DNA from: Gemmatimonadota bacterium
GTDB lineage: Bacteria; Gemmatimonadota; Gemmatimonadetes; Longimicrobiales; RSA9
Assembly (NCBI GenBank): GCA_040905425.1
Contig: JBBDRO010000008.1
Location: 1 to 61,415 of the forward strand
Reading direction: 5' to 3'
Length of the DNA: 61,415 nucleotides
The notes under the pieces are model-generated. The model made no database searches. It was not told the DNA's origin and was given only the letters and a program-made list of their open reading frames with translations. Shown piece by piece: positions 52,013 to 61,415 of the stretch. Position numbers and translations under genes: made by a program. The stretch's first letter is position 1. Each line of letters opens with the position of its first letter.

Positions 52013-53399
52013 GCACCCGCCCGCCGCGCAACGCGCGCATGGTGGAGAGCGTTCTCGACACGGTGGGGTGGACGCCGCTCGTGCGGCTGAACCGCGTCAC
52101 CAACGGGGCCCGCACGCCGGTGTACGCCAAGGCCGAGTTCTTCAATCCGGGCGGCTCGGTCAAGGACCGCATCGGCCTGGCCATGATCGAGGCGGCGGAG
52201 CGCGACGGCCGCCTGGCGCCCGGCGGGGTCGTGGTCGAAGGCACCAGCGGCAACACGGGGCTGGGTCTGGCTATCGCGGCCGCCATCAAGGGCTACCGCT
52301 GCATCTTCACCATGCCGGACAAGATGAGTGATGAGAAGGTGCGCCTGCTGCGCGCCTTCGGTGCCGAGGTGGTCATCACCCCCACCGCCGTGGCGCCCGA
52401 CCACCCTGACAACTACGTGCAGACCGCCAAGCGCATCGTGCGTGAGACGCCCGGCGCCGTGCTGGCCGACCAGTTCTACAACCCGGTGAACCCCGAGGCC
52501 CACTACCGCACCACCGGTCCGGAGATCTGGGAGCAGACCGAGGGCCGGGTGACCCATCTGGTGGCGGCGGCCGGCACCGGCGGCACCATCAGCGGGGCAG
52601 GGCGCTACCTGAAGGAAAAGAACCCGGCCGTGCGCGTCCTGGCAGGGGACCCGGTGGGCAGCATCTTCGCGCACTACAAGGCCACCGGGCAGATGGGCGA
52701 GGGCGCGCCCTACAAGGTGGAGGGGATCGGCAATGACAAGCTGCCCTCCACCCTGGACTTCGACGTGGTGGACGAGATCCGCGCCATCGGGGACCGGGAG
52801 GCCTTTGCCATGGCGCGCCGGCTGACGCGCGAGGAGGGGCTCTTCGTGGGCGGCTCGGCGGGGCTCATCGTCACGCTGGCGGCGCGCGTGGCGCGCGAGG
52901 TGGATGACCCCGACGCGCTGGTCGTGTGCGTGCTCCCGGACACGGGGGAGCGCTACCTGTCCAAGGTCTACAATGAGGACTGGCTGCGGGACAACCAGCT
53001 GCTGGAGCCCGAGCGGCTCACGGCGGGGGAGATGGCCGGCCGCAAGGAGCAGGGCGCGCCGGGCAAGCTGGTGGCGGTGGCGCCCGACGCCACCGGCCGC
53101 GAGGCGCTCGGTCTCATCACCGGCCACGACATCTCGCAGCTGCCCGTGGTGAGCGACGGCCGCGCCGTGGGCTCCCTCTCCGAGTCCTCCCTCATGCAGC
53201 GCATCATCGAGGATCCCACGGTGCTGGACCGTCCCGTGGGGGAGCTCATGGAGGAGCCCTTCCCGGAGGTGGCGGCCGACGCGGCGCTCTCGGGCCTCGG
53301 CGCCCTGCTCACCCGCCAGTGTCCCGCGGTGCTCATCCGCGGTCCCGAGGGCCTGCAAGGGATCGTTACCAGGTTCGACATGGTTCGCTATCTGGCCGG

Positions 53400-53403
<4 letters not shown>
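52009..53403 (+). CDS. Cystathionine beta-synthase with C-terminal CBS pair
   Basis: NPGGSVKDRIG, TSGNTG, GTGGT, YKVEGIG, PDTGERYLSK, ISQLPV CBS domains. Confidence 0.92.
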
Positions 53404-54681
<1,278 letters not shown>

Positions 54682-54726
54682 AGACCTACGCCTCCCCGGC
54701 GGGGGGCAGCCTGCACCAGGGAACGG

Positions 54727-55563
54727 ATGGCATACCGCGGCACGCAGTCCTTCGGGTTCGGCTTCCGGTTCACGCCGATGGTCAAGAACCTGCTCATCGC
54801 CAACACGGCGGTGTTCCTGCTCCAGAACCTGTGGGGGCCCATCTACACGTACGGCTCCTTCACCCCGGCGTACATCCTCATCAAGCCGTGGAGCCTCTTC
54901 ACCTACATGTTCCTGCACGGGGACTTCTGGCACCTCTTCTGGAACATGCTGGGGCTCTTCTTCTTCGGTCCGGCGCTGGAGGAGCGCTGGGGCTCGAAGG
55001 AGTTCCTGAAGTTCTACCTGGTGTGCGGCCTGGGCGGCGCCGTCTTCTCCTTCTTCTTTGCCTTCAACGCGTCGGTCATCGGCGCGTCGGGCGCGGTCTA
55101 CGGCGTGCTGCTGGCCTTTGCCATGTTCTGGCCGAACATGCCCATCTACATCTGGGGCATCATCCCCGTCCCGGCGCGCATCCTGGTGGGCGTCTTCGTG
55201 CTCTTCTCCCTGTTCAGCGCCTTCCAGGGCTCGGGCGGCAACATTGCCCACTTCGCGCACCTGGGCGGCTTTGCCTTTGCCTACCTGTACATCAAGTTCG
55301 GCGGCTCCCCGGGCAATCCCTTCCGGCGCCTGAAGCAGAACCTGCAGAAACGCCGCATGCACGTGGTTCGAAGCGACGATGACGCCGCCACGCGCGCCGC
55401 CGCGCCGCCGTCCACCCGGCGCCCCTCCGGGCCCGAGGAGGAGCAGGTGCTGGACGAGTTGGACCGGGTGCTCGACAAGATCAACGAGCACGGCATGGCC
55501 AGCCTCACCACCCAGGAGCGTCAGCTCCTGGATGACGTCAGCCGGCGCTTCCGCACGCACTGA
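54727..55563 (+). CDS. Rhomboid-family intramembrane serine protease
   Basis: TYMFLH..HLFWNM, GASGA, AHFAHLGG; C-terminal LDRVLDKINEHGMASLT domain. Confidence 0.93.
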   Translation: MAYRGTQSFGFGFRFTPMVKNLLIANTAVFLLQNLWGPIYTYGSFTPAYILIKPWSLFTYMFLHGDFWHLFWNMLGLFFFGPALEERWGSKEFLKFYLVCGLGGAVFSFFFAFNASVIGASGAVYGVLLAFAMFWPNMPIYIWGIIPVPARILVGVFVLFSLFSAFQGSGGNIAHFAHLGGFAFAYLYIKFGGSPGNPFRRLKQNLQKRRMHVVRSDDDAATRAAAPPSTRRPSGPEEEQVLDELDRVLDKINEHGMASLTTQERQLLDDVSRRFRTH

Positions 55564-55618
55564 GCCCGGCGGCCGCGCCGCGCTTGCCGCGCCCCCGGCG
55601 GGTGATGGGCGTCGTCGC

Positions 55619-55648
55619 TTGACACCCTGACGGACCTCGCTCTACAAT
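55619..55648 (+). promoter_or_regulatory. Sigma70-type promoter of the EF-G paralog
   Basis: TTGACA-N18-TACAAT; AGGAGG RBS downstream. Confidence 0.65.
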
Positions 55649-55692
55649 GGCCATCCCCATAGGACCCCGACCGGTCTCCCAGGAGGTTGGCC

Positions 55693-57798
55693 ATGCCGGC
55701 CGCGCAGGAATATCCCTCGACCCACATCCGCAACGTCGTGGTTCTAGGCCACGGCGGCTCGGGCAAGAGCACGCTCGTGGACGCCTGCTGCTTCGCCACG
55801 GGCACCAGCCGCCGCCACGGCAGCGTGAAGGACGGTACGGCGCTGACCATGTACACGGAGGAGGAGATCGCGCACGGCATCTCCATGCAGGTCACGCCCG
55901 CCTTCGCCGACTGGCACGGCGTGAAGGTGAATCTGCTCGACACCCCCGGCTACCTGGACTTCACCGGGGAGACCCTGGCCGCCACGAGGGTGGCCGACGG
56001 GGCTGCCATCGTCCTCGGCGCCACGGCCGGCGTCGAGGTGGGCACCGAAAAGGTCTGGGAATACTGCATCGAGCGGGACATTCCCAGATTTTTTTTCGTC
56101 TCCATGATGGACAAGGACCATGCCGACTTCGACAAGGCGGTGGATGAGATCAAGCGCCACATGTCGGACCACGCGGTGGTGGCCGAACTGCCCATCGGCC
56201 AGGGCGCGGACTTCCGCGGCATCGTGAACCTCTTCACCGGCAAGGCCCACCTCTTCAAGCCGGGCACCGTCACCGGGGAGTACGAGGAAGGGGACGTGCC
56301 GCCCGAACTGCAGGAGCGGGCTGACGCGCTCCGCACCGAGCTCTTCGAGTCCATTGCCACCACGGATGACACGCTGCTCGAGCGCTACCTGGAGGGCGGC
56401 GAGATCGGCACGGACGAGGCGCTCAGGGCCATGGAGTTCGCCATGCTGGACGGCAAGCTCTTCCCCGTCTTCTGCGGCGCCGCGGAGCGCACCTGGGGCG
56501 TGCGCGCGCTGCTCGAGGCGCTCGTGGCCATCGTGCCCAACCCCATCGAGGCGCACCATGACGTGGCGCACCCGCGGGACGGGGACGAGGACGTGGAGTT
56601 GGTCGGCGAGGACACGGGCCCGCTGGCCGCCCTGGTCTTCAAGACGGCCTCCGAGCCGCACGTGGGTGAGCTCACCTTCTTCCGCCTTTACAGCGGCACG
56701 CTGCGCACGGGGCAGGAGGTCTACAACGTCAACCGGGACGCCATGGAGAAGCTGGCGCACCTGTCCATCCCGCAGGGCAAGGAGCGCATCGAGGTGGAGC
56801 GGCTGCACGCCGGGGACATCGGCGTGGTGGCCAAGCTCAAGGATACGCACACCGGGGACACGCTGACCAGCCGCGAGCGGCCCGTCACGCTGGACGCCAT
56901 CACCTTCCCTGAGCCGGACATCGCGCTGGCCATCCACGCCAGGAGCCGGAGCGACGAGGACAAGATCGGCAACGCACTGGTCAGGCTGCACGAGGAGGAT
57001 CCCTCCTTCCACGCGGGCTACGACCCCGAGGTCAAGCAGACCATCATCCGCGGCATGGGTGAGCTGCACCTGGAGGCCAACATCGAGCGGCTGCGGCGCA
57101 AGTACCACGTGGACGTGGAGACGGAGGAGCCGCGCATCCCCTACCGCGAGACCATCCGCCGGCAGGCCGAGGCGCAGGGCAAGCACAAGAAGCAGACGGG
57201 CGGGCACGGCCAGTTCGGCGACGCGCACGTGCGCCTGAAGCCGCTCCCGCGCGGCAGCGGCTACGTCTTCACGGACGCCATCAGCGGCGGCGTCATCCCC
57301 AACAAGTTCATCCCCTCCGTGGACAAGGGCGTCCAGGAGGCCGCCGCGCGCGGCATCCGCGCCGGCTTCCCGGTGGTGGACTTCGAGGCGGAGTGCTACT
57401 TCGGCTCCTACCACTCCGTGGACTCCAGTGACATTGCCTTCCAGATGGCCGGCATCCAGGCCTTCCGCAAAGCGGCGGAGAGCGCCGACCCGGTCATCCT
57501 GGAGCCCATCCTGGAGGTGGATGTGGTCACCCCCGAGCAGTACATGGGGGACGTCATGGGAGACCTGAACCACCGCCGCGGCCGCATCCTGGGCATGGAG
57601 CAGGAGGGGCAGAAAACGCGCATCCGTGCGCTGGTCCCGCAGTCCGAGCTCTACAAGTACGCCACCGCGCTCCGCTCCATGACCTCGGGCCGCGCCTTCC
57701 ATTCCCGGAAGTCGCACGGCTACGAGGAGGTGCCGCAGCACGTGGCGGACAAGATCATCGCCGAGCGCGGGCAGGAGCGGGCGGAGGTGCTGGCCTAG
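55693..57798 (+). CDS. fusA: Elongation factor G paralog (EF-G II type)
   Basis: GHGGSGKST, DTPGYLDF, GMGELHLE, KQTGGHGQFG, YHSVDSS; not in an str operon. Confidence 0.88.
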   Translation: MPAAQEYPSTHIRNVVVLGHGGSGKSTLVDACCFATGTSRRHGSVKDGTALTMYTEEEIAHGISMQVTPAFADWHGVKVNLLDTPGYLDFTGETLAATRVADGAAIVLGATAGVEVGTEKVWEYCIERDIPRFFFVSMMDKDHADFDKAVDEIKRHMSDHAVVAELPIGQGADFRGIVNLFTGKAHLFKPGTVTGEYEEGDVPPELQERADALRTELFESIATTDDTLLERYLEGGEIGTDEALRAMEFAMLDGKLFPVFCGAAERTWGVRALLEALVAIVPNPIEAHHDVAHPRDGDEDVELVGEDTGPLAALVFKTASEPHVGELTFFRLYSGTLRTGQEVYNVNRDAMEKLAHLSIPQGKERIEVERLHAGDIGVVAKLKDTHTGDTLTSRERPVTLDAITFPEPDIALAIHARSRSDEDKIGNALVRLHEEDPSFHAGYDPEVKQTIIRGMGELHLEANIERLRRKYHVDVETEEPRIPYRETIRRQAEAQGKHKKQTGGHGQFGDAHVRLKPLPRGSGYVFTDAISGGVIPNKFIPSVDKGVQEAAARGIRAGFPVVDFEAECYFGSYHSVDSSDIAFQMAGIQAFRKAAESADPVILEPILEVDVVTPEQYMGDVMGDLNHRRGRILGMEQEGQKTRIRALVPQSELYKYATALRSMTSGRAFHSRKSHGYEEVPQHVADKIIAERGQERAEVLA

Positions 57799-57813
57799 CG
57801 CCGGCACGGTTTT

Positions 57814-59076
57814 ATGCGACGACGCTCCTTACCGTTCCTCGCGCTCCTCACGGCCGGCGCCGCGGCGTGCGCCGACGGCCCGGCCGGAGGCCGCGGCACC
57901 TGGCAGGCCACCACCGACACCGTGGGGGACACCGTGGTGGTGCGCACCGAGTCGGGCAGCGTGTGGGGCGCGGACGCCCGCCTGGTGGAGGAGCTCCGCA
58001 TCGGGGTGGTGGAGGGGGAGGAGGCCTACATGTTCGGGCTTATCGGGACCGTGGCCGCGGACCCTGCGGGCCGCATCTACGTGGTGGACGAGCAGGTGCC
58101 GGCCGTCCGCGTCTACGACGCGCAGGGGACCCACATCTTCAACGCTGGAGCCCGGGGCGGAGGGCCGGGGGAGTACGAGCGGCCGCGGGGGATCGCGTTT
58201 CTGCCCGGTGGAGACTGGGCGGTTTACGATGACAGTCGCATGAAGCGGCTGAACGTCTACGGTCCCGACGGCTCGCCCGCCAGCACGCGCACCTTCACCA
58301 ACACGTTCTCCGCCTACGGCCAGCCCTTCCCCCTCCACCCCCGGGCGGACGGCGCCGTGGCCGTGCCCACGACGATACGCCGGGAGGACGGCTCGCGAGC
58401 GGCGTTTCTCTGGGTGGCTCCTGACGGGTTGGTGACGGACACGCTGCTGCAACCGACCGACCCCACCGACACGCCGCCCTTCACCGTGGATGTCGGGGGC
58501 GGGGGTCGGGCCAGCTTCTCCGTGCCGCTGGCGCCCCGCCTGACGTGGACCCTGTCCCCCGCCGGGCACCCGGTGACCGGCACCGGCGCGCGCTACGCCG
58601 TGACGATCCACCGGCCGGAGCAGCCGCTGCGCATGGAACGCGTCACGGAGCCGGTCACCCTTCCCGACAGCGAGCGTCGTGAGCGCCAGGATGCGTACGA
58701 GGCCGGCGTACGCGGCTCGGCGCCCGACTTCCGCTGGACGGGTCGGTTTCCGACCACCAAGCCCTTCTTCCGCCACCTCTTCACCGGCGCGGACGGCCGC
58801 ATCTGGGTGCGTGTCAACCTGCCCAGCGAGCGCCGCGAGATCCCCCCGCCCGCCAGCGCCGAGCCGGGCACCCCGCCGCGCGTCACCTGGTACGAACCGC
58901 AGCGCTGGGACGTCTTCGAGCCCGACGGCCGCTACCTCGGCGCCGTGGACATGCCCGATGACTTCACCCTGCACCACGCCCGGGGCGAGCACGTCTGGGG
59001 CGTCACGCTGGACGACCTGGGCGTGAACTACGTGGTGCGCATGCGTATCCAGCCGGGGGCGGCTGACGGTGGGTGA
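57814..59076 (+). CDS. 6-bladed beta-propeller lipoprotein
   Basis: Lipobox AAAC, DTVGDTVVVRT, EELRIG, GGGPGEY, WDVFEPDGRYLG. Confidence 0.85.
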   Translation: MRRRSLPFLALLTAGAAACADGPAGGRGTWQATTDTVGDTVVVRTESGSVWGADARLVEELRIGVVEGEEAYMFGLIGTVAADPAGRIYVVDEQVPAVRVYDAQGTHIFNAGARGGGPGEYERPRGIAFLPGGDWAVYDDSRMKRLNVYGPDGSPASTRTFTNTFSAYGQPFPLHPRADGAVAVPTTIRREDGSRAAFLWVAPDGLVTDTLLQPTDPTDTPPFTVDVGGGGRASFSVPLAPRLTWTLSPAGHPVTGTGARYAVTIHRPEQPLRMERVTEPVTLPDSERRERQDAYEAGVRGSAPDFRWTGRFPTTKPFFRHLFTGADGRIWVRVNLPSERREIPPPASAEPGTPPRVTWYEPQRWDVFEPDGRYLGAVDMPDDFTLHHARGEHVWGVTLDDLGVNYVVRMRIQPGAADGG

Positions 59077-59170
59077 GGCAACCATGAGCCGTCGGGACGG
59101 GCGCCGACGGGTGATGTCCTGAGCCGTCGGGGCGGCCGCCGGCGGGTAATGCAACCCTGAGCCGCCGGGA
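59050..59170 (+). repeat. Degenerate 35-38-nt tandem repeats between the paralogs
   Basis: TGAGCCG(T/C)CGGG at 59085, 59120 and 59158; internal CCGTCGG/CCG(A/G)CGG inverted repeat. Confidence 0.75.
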
Positions 59171-59221
59171 GACGTCAGAACGGGCGTGTCTCAGCGTTCC
59201 CACGCCAACCTCCCGGTACCC

Positions 59222-60487
59222 ATGCGTCGCTTTACCCCCTGCCTCCTCCTGGCCGCTGCCGCCTGCGCCGCTGACGCCAGCTCCGACTCCGCCGCCTGGG
59301 TGGCCACCACGGACACCGTGGGGGACACCATCGTGGTGCGCACCGAGCGAGGCCGCGCCTGGCCGGCCGATCCGCGGCTGGTGGAGGAGGTGCGCATCGG
59401 CGCGCTGGACGGGGAGGAGGCCTACGTGCTGGGCCAGATCCAGAGCGTGGCCCGCAGTCCCGCGGGCGAGATCTACGTGCTGGACACGGACGTGCCCGCC
59501 GTGCGCGTCTACGACGACGCCGGCCGCCACCTGCGCACGATCGGGCGGGGTGGCGGCGGGCCGGGGGAGCTGGACCGGCCCAACGGCATCCTCTTCCTGC
59601 CCGACGGCGGCTGGGCCACCGCGGACCAGGGCAACGGCCGGCTGAACGTCTACAATGCGGATGACAGCTTTCGCACCAGCGTCCCGCTCACGACCGGCTT
59701 CTACACCAGCTCGCAGCCCTTCGTGGACACGGCGGGCAACATCTACGTCTGGATCATCGCGAACCAGCCCGCGGGCGAGATGTTTCAGACGGGGCTGCTG
59801 CGCATCACGCCAACGCTGGAGAAGGCGGACACGATCCGCCAGCCGGTCTACCCCCGCTACCAGCCGGCCTCCCTCATGGCCACGAGTCCGGACGGCAACA
59901 GTCGCTCGGCCAACAGCGTGCCCTTCACGCCCTCGAAGAACTGGACGCTCTCCCCCGCCGGATACCTCGTGAGCGGCGTGAGCGACCGCTACGCCGTGCT
60001 GCTGCACCGCCCCGAGGGCCTGCTGCGCATCGAGAAGGCCGGCGAGCCGGTGCCCGTGGCCGCCGGGGAGGCCAGCGAGCGACGGCGCCAGATCGAGCGC
60101 AACATGATGCGCGTGGAGCCGGGCTGGCGCTGGGACGGCCCCGACATCCCCGACGCGAAGCCCGCCTTCCGCAATCTCTTTACGGACATCGAGGGCCGCA
60201 TCTGGGTGCAGCTGCACACGCCCGGCTACCAGGTGGAGCCGGAGGAGCCGGACCTCGCCATCCCGCCGGACGAGCGGCCGGTGCCGAACACCTGGCGTGA
60301 GCACCTGGCGTGGGATGTCTTCGAGTCGGACGGCCGCTATCTGGGCCGGGTCGAGGGGCCGGACGGTTTCACGCTGCGCTGGGCCGGAGGTGACTTCCTC
60401 CTCGGCACCATCAGCGACGAGCTGGGCGTGCCCTACGTTGTGGGCTACCGGATGACGTTCGACGAGGGCGAGATGCCCGGCGCGTGA
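59222..60487 (+). CDS. 6-bladed beta-propeller lipoprotein (tandem paralog)
   Basis: Lipobox AAAC, DTVGDTIVVRT, EEVRIG, GGGPGEL, WDVFESDGRYLG; start may be GTG 59186. Confidence 0.85.
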   Translation: MRRFTPCLLLAAAACAADASSDSAAWVATTDTVGDTIVVRTERGRAWPADPRLVEEVRIGALDGEEAYVLGQIQSVARSPAGEIYVLDTDVPAVRVYDDAGRHLRTIGRGGGGPGELDRPNGILFLPDGGWATADQGNGRLNVYNADDSFRTSVPLTTGFYTSSQPFVDTAGNIYVWIIANQPAGEMFQTGLLRITPTLEKADTIRQPVYPRYQPASLMATSPDGNSRSANSVPFTPSKNWTLSPAGYLVSGVSDRYAVLLHRPEGLLRIEKAGEPVPVAAGEASERRRQIERNMMRVEPGWRWDGPDIPDAKPAFRNLFTDIEGRIWVQLHTPGYQVEPEEPDLAIPPDERPVPNTWREHLAWDVFESDGRYLGRVEGPDGFTLRWAGGDFLLGTISDELGVPYVVGYRMTFDEGEMPGA

Positions 60488-60650
60488 GGCCCGGTCGAGG
60501 CCCGGTTGGCGCTCTGACTTTAGCGGACGAAGTGGCGCCCCCACGCCGTAATACTTTATACAATATTTTGGCGTAACCACGCGGTGTTCGGGCCGAAAGC
60601 CAGAGTGCGCTGGCACCCCTGCAAGCCGCCCTCCGGGGCAAGCCGGCCAA

Positions 60651-60680
60651 CTTGTCTTCGGCTTATCTTCGGTATACGTT
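60651..60680 (+). promoter_or_regulatory. Promoter with embedded 11-bp direct repeat (candidate SOS operator)
   Basis: TTGTCT-N17-TACGTT overlapped by CTTGTCTTCGG CTTATCTTCGG. Confidence 0.55.
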
Positions 60681-60687
60681 TCAGGGT

Positions 60688-61415
60688 ATGAGCGCCCTTG
60701 CCGAACTTCGCCATACCCTGGAGGAGCGTTTTCCCGACGCCCTCCCGCTGGTCCACCGCACGGCCACGGCGGTGGCCACGGGGCTGGGCCCGCTGGACGG
60801 CCTGCTCCCCGGGCGGGGGCTGCCCCGCGGCGCCGTCTCACTCTGGCGGCCGGGGGGCGGGGCCACGGCGTTGCTGCGGGCGGCGTGCGGCGCGGTGGCC
60901 GCCCGCGGGGAGCGCGCCGCCTGGGTGGACGCGGAGCGGGCCGTCGTGGGCGACGGCTGGCTGCCGGGGCCGTTGCTCGTCCGGCCGCAGGGAGAGGCGG
61001 AAGCCCTGGCCTGCGTGGAGGAGCTGCTGCGCTCGGGGGCGTTCGGGCTGGTGGTCCTCTCGGGGGCGGAAGCGGGGGCGGCCCGGGAGGCGGTGCGCCT
61101 GTCGCGGGCCGCGCGGGCGGCGGGCGGGGCGCTGGTGCTGATGGCGGCCACCGCCCCGGTGGCGGCGCTCCGCCTGGCCTCGCGCATCACGCCCGCGGGC
61201 TGGTCCTGGCGCCTGGACCCCTTCGGCGAGCCCGTGGAGCCCGCCGCCGCCGAGGTGGAGGTGCGGGCGTCCACCATGGGCTGGCAGGGCCGCACGCGCC
61301 TACGGCTGCCGGTGCGCGGCCACCGCCCGCGCGCGGCGCTGGATCCGCTCCTGGTGGATCGTCGCGGCGCCCGGCGAACCCCCACCCGCGCCAGGCACGC
61401 CGGCAACAAGGCCCT
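60688..61415 (+). CDS. imuA: ImuA-like (RecA-fold) protein, runs off the window end
   Basis: Hand-translated MSALAELRHTLEERFP...VATGLGPLDGLLPGRGLPRG...AAWVD...LLVRP...EELLRSGAFGLVVL; degenerate P-loop; no stop, so absent from the ORF track. Confidence 0.72.
   Translation, partial: MSALAELRHTLEERFPDALPLVHRTATAVATGLGPLDGLLPGRGLPRGAVSLWRPGGGATALLRAACGAVAARGERAAWVDAERAVVGDGWLPGPLLVRPQGEAEALACVEELLRSGAFGLVVLSGAEAGAAREAVRLSRAARAAGGALVLMAATAPVAALRLASRITPAGWSWRLDPFGEPVEPAAAEVEVRASTMGWQGRTRLRLPVRGHRPRAALDPLLVDRRGARRTPTRARHAGNKA

Noticed and set aside
59050..59170. CRISPR-like array
   Set aside because: Units are degenerate along their whole length with no unique spacers, only three copies and no cas genes
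60505..60651. attC, dif or 6S RNA identity for the hairpin before imuA
   Set aside because: GTT/AAC boxes are in the wrong order for attC; no XerD-type arm or 6-bp spacer for dif; too short and AT-rich at the apex rather than in a central bubble for 6S

Overview
GC-rich bacterial chromosome segment. The gene repertoire (four paralogous 6-bladed beta-propeller proteins, stand-alone GvpL/F, DUF2911, carboxypeptidase-like/TonB receptor, stand-alone EF-G II) suggests Gemmatimonadota, probably Longimicrobiales; this is an inference. About 57 genes, mostly on the + strand and mostly housekeeping: mlaEFD, maeB, glyQS, nth, tnaA, carB, priA, trpS, sucA, mutS, cystathionine beta-synthase, ddl, an EF-G paralog and a truncated imuA-like gene at the right edge. 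No rRNA, tRNA, CRISPR array, integrase or transposase was seen. The most unusual signals lie between genes. (1) Several gaps are filled by degenerate duplications of the gene junction that form chains of stop/start-overlapped mini-ORFs; two of them encode diverged copies of the N-terminus of the gene they are coupled to (priA, FkbM). (2) A ~260-nt nested multi-helix element with + strand G-U bias at 27.06-27.32 kb is a candidate ncRNA or MITE. (3) An 11-bp tandem box inside the promoter of the imuA-like gene is a candidate novel SOS operator. Also notable: a 37-aa NSS-transporter small subunit missed by the ORF track, a histone-H1-like AT-hook protein, a Rieske protein lacking both His ligands, and a UDG-superfamily protein with an atypical motif A. 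All calls are by eye from motifs; no database searches or folding programs were run.
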